From the IMG/VR virus record IMGVR_UViG_3300035561_000143, positions 1-34,993 of that record: a stretch of DNA of 34,993 nucleotides, one strand, 5' to 3'. How positions within the stretch are numbered: position 1 is the stretch's first letter; the number at the start of each line of letters is the position of its first letter. This DNA comes from a virus (taxonomy: Duplodnaviria; Caudoviricetes). The notes beneath the pieces are model-generated. The model made no database searches. It was not told the DNA's origin and saw nothing but the letters and a program-made list of their open reading frames with translations. A program made the translations under genes and the position numbers. Below, in pieces: positions 9,278-17,215 of the stretch.

Positions 9278-9977
9278 GGCAAAACGCAAGTTGAAAGGCA
9301 CTACGGCGCACCAGAGGTACTATGTGGAAGTAGAGGGGGAGAAGGTTCTGGTTCCGGGAGTCACTACAGTGACTGGGCTTCATGGAGGGAGCAAGAACGT
9401 TCTCATTACTTGGGCGAACAGGTTGGGTCTTGAGGGCACTGACGCCGGGGCTTACTCTGACAGGGCAAAGAAGATAGGCACGATAGCCCACCATCTTATC
9501 GAATGTGATATGAAGGGGGAAACGCCTGATCTCAGTCTTTACGCTCCTTATGAGGTGGAGGTAGCGGAGAGCGCTCTGGACTCATATAGGGCGTGGAGGG
9601 CGCAGGAGGGGGACATCAAGGTTCTCCTCTCTGAAGCGCAGTTAACAAGCCCCTTGCTCTTTGGGGGCACCATCGACCTCTATGCTGAGGTTACTGTCGG
9701 TAACGCAACGAAAAACGTTATCATCGACTACAAAACCGCAACGGACATCTACCCCGAACACAAATATCAGGTCACGGCATACGCCCATCTTTTGCTGACC
9801 AACGGCTACAAAGTAGACGAAGCGTGGATTCTTGGGTTTCCCAAAGAGAAGGGGGAAACCTACAAGAAGGTGGTTATCAACTGGGCAGAGATGGACATTC
9901 TGTGGAGAGGGTTCTGCGGGCTTCTGGACCTGTACCATTGCGAAAAAGAACTGCGCAACTTCAGGAAGGGGGCATAG
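9276..9977 (+). CDS. PD-(D/E)xK nuclease (recombination exonuclease)
   Basis: GT.AH, GGTIDL, IIDYKT, YQVTAYA motifs; adjacent to ERF; TTG start 8 nt after GGGGGG. Confidence 0.85.
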   Translation: MAKRKLKGTTAHQRYYVEVEGEKVLVPGVTTVTGLHGGSKNVLITWANRLGLEGTDAGAYSDRAKKIGTIAHHLIECDMKGETPDLSLYAPYEVEVAESALDSYRAWRAQEGDIKVLLSEAQLTSPLLFGGTIDLYAEVTVGNATKNVIIDYKTATDIYPEHKYQVTAYAHLLLTNGYKVDEAWILGFPKEKGETYKKVVINWAEMDILWRGFCGLLDLYHCEKELRNFRKGA

Positions 9978-9980
9978 ACA

Positions 9981-10904
9981 ATGGCAAACAGCATGAGTCC
10001 CGAGATAGGTGAACTTGCGAAAGCACTGGTTCTGGTCCAGGGGGAAATGGGGACAATCCCGAAAGACAGCACCAACCCGTTTTTTAGGTCAAAGTACGCC
10101 GATCTTGCGACGGTCAGCGGGGTTCTTATCCCCATCCTGACCAAATACGGCCTGTCGGTTTCGCAGTTGTGCTCGACTTCGGACAAAATCGGGCAACACA
10201 CAGAGGAGTTTGTGGACAGCAGGTCTGGAAGGGCTAACAAAATAATAATTCCCTACCTCTGTCTCAAGGTCAGGACTGTTTTGATGCACGTGTCAGGGCA
10301 GTGGATAGCGGGGGAACTTGAGACGGCTATAGCGAAGAACGACCCGCAGGGTATTGGTTCTGCTATAACCTACGCCAGAAGGTACTCACTCATGGCAATA
10401 GTCGGGGCGGTAGCGGATGAGGACGATGACGGCAACGCAGGTTCCAAAGAGCCGGAGAGACCATCGAGGACACAGCGTCCCCAGACCCCGGACCGTGACA
10501 AAAAACCTGAACCGGCAGCGAGTCCCGAAGAGGATAAGCCTAACTCGAATATAGCGAAACTCCACACCATCTTCTCAAAAGCCAAATTGTCCGAAAACGC
10601 TTACAAGGCTTTCTTGTCGGTCTACAAAGTCGAATCGTCCAAAGACATGGATGACGTAACGATTCGCAGGGCCATTGAACATGCGGTTATGCTTGTGGGG
10701 CTACTCCAATCCTACGCAAACGGAGGGCTGGGTGCCGACGAGATAAGCGCGCTTTTTGCAGACGCCATCGAACAGCCCAACCCGTTCTTGGCAACATTTG
10801 AACAGGTTAAAGAGATGGTAAAAGCGAAAAAACAAGAAGACGCATTCATGAAAGCGTTTGATGACACGGACGAGGAGGAAGGGGAAGAAGAGGATGAGTC
10901 GTAG
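9981..10904 (+). CDS. erf: ERF-family single-strand annealing protein
   Basis: KDSTNPFFRSKYADL and PQGIGSAITYARRYSL...DEDDDG signatures; acidic tail. Confidence 0.93.
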   Translation: MANSMSPEIGELAKALVLVQGEMGTIPKDSTNPFFRSKYADLATVSGVLIPILTKYGLSVSQLCSTSDKIGQHTEEFVDSRSGRANKIIIPYLCLKVRTVLMHVSGQWIAGELETAIAKNDPQGIGSAITYARRYSLMAIVGAVADEDDDGNAGSKEPERPSRTQRPQTPDRDKKPEPAASPEEDKPNSNIAKLHTIFSKAKLSENAYKAFLSVYKVESSKDMDDVTIRRAIEHAVMLVGLLQSYANGGLGADEISALFADAIEQPNPFLATFEQVKEMVKAKKQEDAFMKAFDDTDEEEGEEEDES

Positions 10905-11214
10905 CATGACGTTCCGGCAGTTCGTAGCGAAGGCATCAGACAAACAACTGCGGATACTGGCCATGACAACCGTGTTGGGGATGTTGCCAGAGGATGTTGC
11001 GAAAACAATGTCTATCGCTCCTAGAACTGTCACGACCCACTTGCAGTCGATAGCAGACAGCCTCGGATTGCCCAACAGGGTTTCCCTCGTGAAAGTGGTA
11101 TGGGGAAGCGGAGCGGGGACCTACTGGAATGACCTTGGGCTTAGAAGGTCAACAGAACCCACCTTTAGCGGGGAAGAACTGCGCTCCGTTTTGTCGGTGC
11201 TAAAGGAGAGATAG
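10894..11214 (+). CDS. LuxR-type HTH protein
   Basis: EDVAKTMSIAPRTVTTHLQSIADSLGLPNRVSLV. Confidence 0.75.
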   Translation: MSRSMTFRQFVAKASDKQLRILAMTTVLGMLPEDVAKTMSIAPRTVTTHLQSIADSLGLPNRVSLVKVVWGSGAGTYWNDLGLRRSTEPTFSGEELRSVLSVLKER

Positions 11215-11216
11215 AC

Positions 11217-11447
11217 ATGATGGCGAATATTCACTATACAGCGAGGCTTCTTGGCGTCGGGGCGTCCACTCTTTACAAGTACATCCATGAATACGGAATG
11301 CCCCATTTCAAAATCAGGAAGGGGAACAACTGGTACATAAGGGTTGACACTAGAACGGTCAAGGACTTCCTTATGGACATGAAAGAGAAACAACTAGACA
11401 AGGCGTTTCTGGAGCATCGGGAGAAAGTACGCTCTGGCAGAATATAG
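11217..11447 (+). CDS. Excisionase-like HTH protein
   Basis: TARLLGVGASTLYKYIHEYGMPHFKI pattern. Confidence 0.7.
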   Translation: MMANIHYTARLLGVGASTLYKYIHEYGMPHFKIRKGNNWYIRVDTRTVKDFLMDMKEKQLDKAFLEHREKVRSGRI

Positions 11448-11457
11448 GTGAGCCTTC

Positions 11458-12168
11458 ATGGAAGGGTGGGTGAAATTATATAGGGAGATTTTGGAGAAGC
11501 CCATTTTCCGAAATGAAGGACGATTGAAGGTCTGGATTTGGGTATTGTGCAAAGCAACGCACAAAACAACTAAAGTGCAAATCGGGAAACAGTTGCAAGT
11601 TCTACATCCCGGGCAGTTTGTAACAGGAAGGCGACAAGCGTCAGAAGAATTAGATATGCATGAGATGACGGTCTGGAGGCACCTGAAGTGGTTGGAAGTG
11701 AACAACAGTTTGAACATCAAAACGAACAACAAATATAGCGTGATAACCGTTGCAAATTGGGGTTTTTTTCAAGAGCCGGACGAAAAAGTGAACAGCAAAG
11801 TGAACAGCAAAGTGAACAACAAAAATGAGGTGTTCGCAGAGGTCGAGCCGGTAGTTGAAAAGGTCCCTCCGACGGACGAAGAGAAGGCAAAAATCTATGC
11901 CAAGCGTCTTCACGCTAAAAAGTGCAACAAGTTGTTTGAGGAGTGGTGGAAAATATATCCTAGGAGGGACGATAAAGTCACTGCTCGCACGGCTTTCGGG
12001 GCGGTTTTCACGTCCGGCATTTCAACTAAAAGGCTGAACCTTATGACCGAAAATCTCATGCTCCACACAGAAAAATACAGAGACGAGGTGAGAGGAAAAG
12101 AGAGACGCTTTATCAAGTTACCAAGTACATTCTTAAGAGCGGTCGATTTCCGCGAACCCCCATCATAA
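11458..12168 (+). CDS. Phage replication initiator (replisome organiser)
   Basis: GWVKLYREIL N-terminus, PGQFVTGRRQ, YSVITVANW, repeat-rich linker, C-terminal FEEWWKIYPRR...IKLPSTFL. Confidence 0.85.
   Translation: MEGWVKLYREILEKPIFRNEGRLKVWIWVLCKATHKTTKVQIGKQLQVLHPGQFVTGRRQASEELDMHEMTVWRHLKWLEVNNSLNIKTNNKYSVITVANWGFFQEPDEKVNSKVNSKVNNKNEVFAEVEPVVEKVPPTDEEKAKIYAKRLHAKKCNKLFEEWWKIYPRRDDKVTARTAFGAVFTSGISTKRLNLMTENLMLHTEKYRDEVRGKERRFIKLPSTFLRAVDFREPPS
11785..11820 (+). repeat. Iteron-like 12-bp tandem repeat inside initiator gene
   Basis: AAAGTGAACAGC x2 plus AAAGTGAACAAC. Confidence 0.8.
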
Positions 12169-12425
12169 CTGTTTAGACAAAATTGGTCAGTTTAAAAAAC
12201 GCAAATCTGTACAACAAAAAAAACACAAAACCGGGCAGTTTTTGTACAACAAAAAAAACACGTTTCGATAGCCCGTATAGTCAGTTATAGCAAGGGTTTG
12301 CGGGAATCGGTCGAAGAAGAAAAAATGGACGTTTTGAACAACAAGTACGAGGAAAATTAAACGCAAAAGTGAACACATACAAGAAGTACCTATACGTAAC
12401 GTATAGATAAAATCTATATATAGGG
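12169..12425. promoter_or_regulatory. A-rich intergenic region, candidate replication origin
   Basis: Exact 19-bp repeats TGTACAACAAAAAAAACAC at 12208 and 12243; TGAACA cores near 12335 and 12370; palindromes at 12390-12406 and 12402-12418. Confidence 0.6.
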
Positions 12426-12434
12426 GGAGTGAAA

Positions 12435-12656
12435 ATGAAAGCGAAGAGGAAAACCCAAATGCAAAACATTCTTGCGCACCTTGAGAGAGGTTGGGCTATA
12501 ACGCCGATGGTGGCGCTCAAGGAGTATGGTTGTTTTCGTTTGAGTTCGATAATCTTCCAACTCAAAAAAGCAGGGCACAATATTGAGAGCCACCGCAAGC
12601 ACGGCTATTCCACTTACTACATGGAGGAATACGCCGCTATATGGAGGACAAAATAA
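12435..12656 (+). CDS. Winged HTH protein (HTH_39-like)
   Basis: ILAHLERGWAITPMVALKEYGCFRLSSIIFQLKKAGHNIES. Confidence 0.8.
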   Translation: MKAKRKTQMQNILAHLERGWAITPMVALKEYGCFRLSSIIFQLKKAGHNIESHRKHGYSTYYMEEYAAIWRTK

Positions 12657-13021
12657 TGGCCATTATGTACATCACTGGGACTATTGCGGAAGAGCCAAGG
12701 CTCTTTGACCACAGGCGCAAAGACAAGTACGGGGAGTATTACGAGACAAGGGGCATGAAGTTTAAGGTCAAGGACGACAGCCAGAACGTGCATTTCTTCA
12801 TGACTTATTTCGATGTGCCTGATGCCATAGTGGACGAAGCGCAAGAAGGCGACACGTACAAGTTCAAGGCTTTCGTGGTCAGGCAACATAACGACAGAAC
12901 TAACGAATGGAATTGGGAGTTTCACATTCGGGAAATGACCAAGGTTTATCCCGCTTCTAGCAAAAAACCAGTAGGAACAAAGCCAAGAGAGGCCTTCCCA
13001 AAACCAAGCGCGTGGTTCTAA
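12656..13021 (+). CDS. Putative SSB-like OB-fold protein
   Basis: ITGTIAEEP N-terminus, beta-rich core, flexible tail ending in WF; the usual acidic tip is absent. Confidence 0.45.
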   Translation: MAIMYITGTIAEEPRLFDHRRKDKYGEYYETRGMKFKVKDDSQNVHFFMTYFDVPDAIVDEAQEGDTYKFKAFVVRQHNDRTNEWNWEFHIREMTKVYPASSKKPVGTKPREAFPKPSAWF

Positions 13022-13029
13022 GAGGCATG

Positions 13030-13245
13030 ATGATGGAGCGGTTGACAGAAAACCAAAAGAAAATAGCCAGAATGCGCTTTGACGGCAAGACTATTTGCGC
13101 TATTGCAACGGAACTAGGTCGTTCTCAAAGGACCATCAAGAACATAATTTCCGCGATTTATGCCAAGACAGGTGTCAATTCGGTCATCGAGTTGTACAAA
13201 TTGGATCAGAGAACAGGGGTTATCAACGGAAAGAGGTGTGGTTGA
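13030..13245 (+). CDS. LuxR-type HTH protein
   Basis: LTENQKKIARMRFDGKTICAIATELGRSQRTIKNIISAIYAKTGVNS. Confidence 0.85.
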   Translation: MMERLTENQKKIARMRFDGKTICAIATELGRSQRTIKNIISAIYAKTGVNSVIELYKLDQRTGVINGKRCG

Positions 13246-13346
13246 TGGAACAGACAATTCTGGTGCTCAAATTTTTCGTGGGAGTATTGGCAATCTTGTT
13301 GGTGTTGGTGGTGGCGGCTCTAGTCCGAGAAATAAAGAGGTGGTAG
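13245..13346 (+). CDS. Small membrane peptide (33 aa)
   Basis: TGATG coupling; MEQTILVLKFFVGVLAILLVLVVAALVREIKRW. Confidence 0.6.
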   Translation: MEQTILVLKFFVGVLAILLVLVVAALVREIKRW

Positions 13347-13348
13347 GA

Positions 13349-13525
13349 GTGTCCAAGAAGGAGAATTGCAGTGGGTGTTGGTATTGGGGCTACCCTAAGG
13401 GAGAAACCAAGAAAACATGTCTCATAAGCGTTCCTTTTTGGGCAGAACTAGAGCGCCCCGAAGAAATCGGGGAGAAGGTTACGGCCACTTGCGCTTGTTG
13501 GAAAAAGAAGCGGGTAGAAAAATAA
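13349..13525 (+). CDS. Small Cys-rich protein
   Basis: GTG start after GAGGTGG; CSGC...C...CACW. Confidence 0.6.
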   Translation: MSKKENCSGCWYWGYPKGETKKTCLISVPFWAELERPEEIGEKVTATCACWKKKRVEK

Positions 13526-13538
13526 GCGAAGGGAGAGT

Positions 13539-13769
13539 TTGAGCATGACGGAGCAGGAGGTAGTCCGTGAATTGGTGGGAGTATTGGAGCGAATTCGAAT
13601 TACTGGGCCAGATAGAGATAATGTTTTCTGGCTTCATATAGACAATGGGCGTGGCAAAAATAAGGCCGGGATAAATCTAGGAACCCAACGGGATATAGGC
13701 ATTGATGTTTTCAAGGAATTTGAAATACAAAGGAACAAGGCCATCGCCAAAGCGAAGGAGGTGGAGTAG
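13539..13769 (+). CDS. Hypothetical protein (first gene of junction-repeat array)
   Basis: ORF ends KEVE* inside the 18-bp junction element. Confidence 0.7.
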   Translation: MSMTEQEVVRELVGVLERIRITGPDRDNVFWLHIDNGRGKNKAGINLGTQRDIGIDVFKEFEIQRNKAIAKAKEVE

Positions 13770-13822
13770 ATGAAGCACATGCTGGGAACGAGTATGTAGA
13801 TACACAAGAGGATGTGGAATAG

Positions 13823-14035
13823 ATGAATGTCGAACAGATTGTCCGAGAATATCTAAAGAAGAACGGTTACGACGGGCTTTGTAACAAAAACGGCGAATGC
13901 AGCTGTGATTTGGCAGACCTCATGCCGTGTGGGTTTCAAGACACTTTCTGTGTTGCTGGCCATTTATCGCTAGCAGATGAAAATGAAGAGGGCATTGAGT
14001 GGACTATCGCACCGGGTGAGAAGGAGGCGGAGTAG
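13823..14035 (+). CDS. Small Cys-rich phage protein
   Basis: YLKKNGYDGLCN..GECSC...DLMPC; ends KEAE*. Confidence 0.75.
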   Translation: MNVEQIVREYLKKNGYDGLCNKNGECSCDLADLMPCGFQDTFCVAGHLSLADENEEGIEWTIAPGEKEAE

Positions 14036-14449
14036 ATGCGAGAGATTAAGTTCAGGGGGCTAACCATAACAGACGAATGGGTATACGGAGACCTGGTTCA
14101 TGATGCATACGGCTCAACATGTTATTACGAGAAATGCCCTTATCGGATTACAGGAGTGTGCGAACACGGACATTTCAGTGTGCCAGTAAAGAGGGGAACC
14201 GTAGGTCAATTCACCGGCCTTTATGATGTGAACAGCAAGGAGATATACGAGGGGGATATCCTGGTCGCTGATGGTGATGATGGCCGCCATGGCGGCAAAC
14301 AATACTTTCAAATCATGTATGGAGAAGGGAGTGGGACTGTAGGGTTTTCACCCCACTGTATAACCGGTGACTATTCTGAGGTTTGGGATAAAGGTGAAGT
14401 CATCGGAAATATTCACGAAAATCCTGAATTATTGAAGGAGGCGGAGTAG
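14036..14449 (+). CDS. YopX-family protein
   Basis: MREIKFRG, WVYG, VGQFTGLYD.NSKEIYEGDI, EVIGNIHENPELL. Confidence 0.92.
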   Translation: MREIKFRGLTITDEWVYGDLVHDAYGSTCYYEKCPYRITGVCEHGHFSVPVKRGTVGQFTGLYDVNSKEIYEGDILVADGDDGRHGGKQYFQIMYGEGSGTVGFSPHCITGDYSEVWDKGEVIGNIHENPELLKEAE

Positions 14450-14902
14450 ATGGTTAATATCGAAGAAGAACTGCGAGCACTGTTGGCGGAGGAGAAAAAA
14501 TTAAAAGAGGAAGTGGAGAGGTTAGAGAAAAAGAAAAATCAGTGCATTATGAGGTTAGAGAAAGAGAAAAAGAGGCAGGAATACATGATGCCTTGCCCGA
14601 TATGTGGGGAGGAGATGGAATATGATTTAGATGGTCCCTTTTGCCCAACAGAATTTTGTCTGTATAAGGGGACTTTTTCCATCGAAGCCCACAACGCCAT
14701 CTGCAAGGTGTTGGCAGCGGCGGAAAGTCTCGATAAGGTTGTGATAAAGAAAGCAATTTCTAGTTTGGGTCTTTATCTCCGTCCTCGTCCGAATTATGTT
14801 CTTGTCCCTTATTGGCCTGAACTTGATGAACTGAGGAAAGAAGTTTATTCCCTCAATGAAGTCCGCAGTAAGTACCGGAATAGCCGAAAGGAGGTGGAAT
14901 AG
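14450..14902 (+). CDS. Coiled-coil plus Zn-ribbon hypothetical protein
   Basis: N-terminal coiled coil, CPICG...CPTEFC; ends KEVE*. Confidence 0.7.
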   Translation: MVNIEEELRALLAEEKKLKEEVERLEKKKNQCIMRLEKEKKRQEYMMPCPICGEEMEYDLDGPFCPTEFCLYKGTFSIEAHNAICKVLAAAESLDKVVIKKAISSLGLYLRPRPNYVLVPYWPELDELRKEVYSLNEVRSKYRNSRKEVE

Positions 14903-15490
14903 ATGATGCCAATGACGAGTCTCGAACTCCTGTACGAGGCAGGAGCGTGCGCGGGCAGATACAAATTCCTTGCAAAGGCACTCGGTGGAATAACTAAATA
15001 CGGCAAAGATACTCCGATAACATTGTTACAAATATTGGATATCAATGGTCTTGACGACACGCTGTGGGCACTACGTGCGTGTCCAGGGTCGGAACGGTTT
15101 TCAAGACTTCTGGCGTGTGATTACGCCGAGCACGTGCTACATGCCTATGAGACTAGATACCCTAATGATGACCGTCCTCAGAAAGCCATAGAGACCTCAC
15201 GCAGGTATGCTTACGGTAAGGCCACAATGAAAGAACTAAAAGCTGCATGGGAAGACGTACGGTCTACCATATGGGGATCTGAACGATCTACTGCATACAC
15301 TGCTGTGCTGTCTGTCGTATGGGAGATTTCCATAACAGGACATTTTTCCAACATGGCGTTTATTGGACAATCCGCTGCGGAATACGCCGCACGATCAACC
15401 GCAGGGCGGGCCGCAGGAGCAGCCTCACAGAACGCTGAACAGCAGTGGCAGGAAGAACGACTGAGAGAACTGCTGAAGGAGATGGAGTAG
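14903..15490 (+). CDS. Imm5-like domain phage protein
   Basis: LACDYAEHVL..YE..YPNDDRPQKAIE..RRYA.G motif, Ala-rich tail, EQQWQ; ends KEME*. Confidence 0.7.
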   Translation: MMPMTSLELLYEAGACAGRYKFLAKALGGITKYGKDTPITLLQILDINGLDDTLWALRACPGSERFSRLLACDYAEHVLHAYETRYPNDDRPQKAIETSRRYAYGKATMKELKAAWEDVRSTIWGSERSTAYTAVLSVVWEISITGHFSNMAFIGQSAAEYAARSTAGRAAGAASQNAEQQWQEERLRELLKEME

Positions 15491-16126
15491 GTGACCGACA
15501 GGGAAATGCTTTTAGATAACATGAACCATGTCTTGAAGGAATGGCAGCAACTACTCGGCCTTCAGAACTGGGACATCAGGCTGGATGTTTGCAGAAAAAG
15601 CAGTCTTGAGCCAGGGTGCTGGGCCAATTGCACGTTCAGAAACAGCATGGAACAGGCGGAGATAGACCTGCTGGACCCTGTCGACTATGCCCTTGAAACA
15701 ATGGGGTTTGAGATAAATCCCGAAGAATCTCTGGTGCATGAACTGCTACATCTTATGTTCCAGGGTGATGATGTTCCGGAGGTCATGATCAACAGGCTGG
15801 CAAAGTTATTGACAAGATTCAGAAACACAAAGGAGGCGCCGGGGGGTGGGGGAAACATGTGCGACCATGGTAATCTTGTAACACTGCATTTACCTACAGG
15901 AATTGATATATCGGTTGATAAATGTATAGCACCTATTGTTAAGATACTTAACGAAAATGGATTCACGACAATTGCATCCTGTTGTGGTCATGGTAAACAG
16001 CCAAGTCGAATTTCGTTGATTGACGGGAGAGAGATATTCATTGCTGCCAACTATGAAATAGCACAGGCTGTTTCCAAAGCATTTCCCCCCATAGCAAAGG
16101 GAGGCGGAGTAGATGAATGCTCTTGA
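15491..16126 (+). CDS. Apparent fusion of an HExxH zincin-like domain and an SCCGH domain
   Basis: WQQLLGLQNWDI...LVHELLH; linker KEAPGGGGN; internal ATG 15857 begins MCDHG...VDKCIAPIVKILN.NG..TIASCCGHG. Confidence 0.65.
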   Translation: MTDREMLLDNMNHVLKEWQQLLGLQNWDIRLDVCRKSSLEPGCWANCTFRNSMEQAEIDLLDPVDYALETMGFEINPEESLVHELLHLMFQGDDVPEVMINRLAKLLTRFRNTKEAPGGGGNMCDHGNLVTLHLPTGIDISVDKCIAPIVKILNENGFTTIASCCGHGKQPSRISLIDGREIFIAANYEIAQAVSKAFPPIAKGGGVDECS

Positions 16127-16604
16127 TTGGGCCTGTGAAACCATAGCGGATATATTCGGCTCGTGTCCGTATGCCCTCTATGACTGGCATGGGCCTAACT
16201 GCACACATGAAAAGTGCATAGGTGCCATGAAACAGATGGGGCAATGTTGGAGGTTATACTTTGTGGAGAAAGCGTTTGTGGAGAAAGCGGATGAGGGGAG
16301 GGGGCAATTGAAGGAGTCTAGGGTGAGTTTATTCAAAGATGGTGACCCTGTAGAGAAGGCGTTCAGATGGATGGGGTTTTATGACTTTTTCCGAAAGCGC
16401 AAGGTTGAATGGATATTGGATAAAGGCCCATTCGTCGTGCCAGACTCATACATTGCAAAAGCATGTGTACCTCTGAACATGCAGTACAAACTTGAAATTA
16501 CTGAAACATGGGAGTCAAACGATAACCCAACCGAAGAGGATGTCGACCGATGCATTGCCATCGTTAACGCCTACCATAGGTGGGTGGTTGAGTGCGAAGG
16601 ATAA
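16113..16604 (+). CDS. Hypothetical protein, probably two fused units
   Basis: Cys-rich N-terminal part, 15-bp tandem duplication at 16260-16289, in-frame SD+TTG at 16308. Confidence 0.6.
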   Translation: MNALDWACETIADIFGSCPYALYDWHGPNCTHEKCIGAMKQMGQCWRLYFVEKAFVEKADEGRGQLKESRVSLFKDGDPVEKAFRWMGFYDFFRKRKVEWILDKGPFVVPDSYIAKACVPLNMQYKLEITETWESNDNPTEEDVDRCIAIVNAYHRWVVECEG

Positions 16605-17215
16605 CAGCGCTATTGTTAATCGCAACAGGGTGGGTTTATTTTGCGTTCCTCTTTCTGTCGATAAGGGTCGATGAACTAGAGGCGCACAACCTTAACCTAG
16701 AGGTTAAGATTGAAACGCTCGCAGACGCTTACGACAGGGACACTCTGTCGGAATACCACCGAGGGCACAGGGAGGGGGCAGAGAAAGTGTTGAGTTCAGG
16801 CAAGGGCAATCTCAAGGCGCTTGAAATACTTTTCAGCCGATACCCCAAGGCTGCCCCGGTTCATTTCGCCAGATGGACGGTTGAGTACGCAACAAAATAC
16901 GAAGTTCCCGTCCTTGTTCTTGCGGGAATCATTATTCAGGAGTCCAGTTGCAACCCGCTGGCACGTTCTAGCGTAAACGCTCTGGGCCTTACGCAAGTCA
17001 TCTGGAAATACTGGGCGACATTTTTACGCGAAAAAGGCATAGCTCAAAAAGAGTCTGATCTTTATAACCCAAGAATATCCATCGAAGCGGGAGCGTGCAT
17101 CCTTGCCTATTTGATAGACCTGCATGACGGAGACATCGACAAAGCCCTTAATCATTATTCGGGAGGGGCAAGGGGATACGTGGGGAAGGTCATCAAGAAA
17201 GGAGGGTTACGGTGA
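16592..17215 (+). CDS. Membrane-anchored lytic transglycosylase (SLT domain)
   Basis: N-terminal TM helix; IIIQESS, ALGLTQV, NP..SIEAGA.IL, ALNHYSGG. Confidence 0.88.
   Translation: MRRITALLLIATGWVYFAFLFLSIRVDELEAHNLNLEVKIETLADAYDRDTLSEYHRGHREGAEKVLSSGKGNLKALEILFSRYPKAAPVHFARWTVEYATKYEVPVLVLAGIIIQESSCNPLARSSVNALGLTQVIWKYWATFLREKGIAQKESDLYNPRISIEAGACILAYLIDLHDGDIDKALNHYSGGARGYVGKVIKKGGLR

Larger units (their letters stand above)
13755..16115 (+). repeat. Dispersed 18-bp gene-junction repeat AAGGAGGYGGARTAGATG
   Basis: Copies at 13755, 13808 (degenerate), 14021, 14435, 14888, 15476, 16098; half copy at 15830. Confidence 0.9.

Noticed and set aside
9276-9977. Cas4 assignment for the nuclease
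   Set aside because: Lacks the four-Cys Fe-S cluster pattern and sits beside ERF, as expected for a recombination exonuclease.
13755-16115. CRISPR array or integron attC interpretation of the junction repeats
   Set aside because: Repeats are 18 bp, non-palindromic and separated by whole genes of variable length; no cas genes or integron integrase.
13823-16126. Five genes in one frame separated only by TAG, suggesting amber recoding into a polyprotein
   Set aside because: Each TAG overlaps a strong SD with an immediate start codon, YopX is a complete standalone family, and TAG ends core genes such as portal, capsid and amidase normally. Low-level readthrough cannot be excluded.
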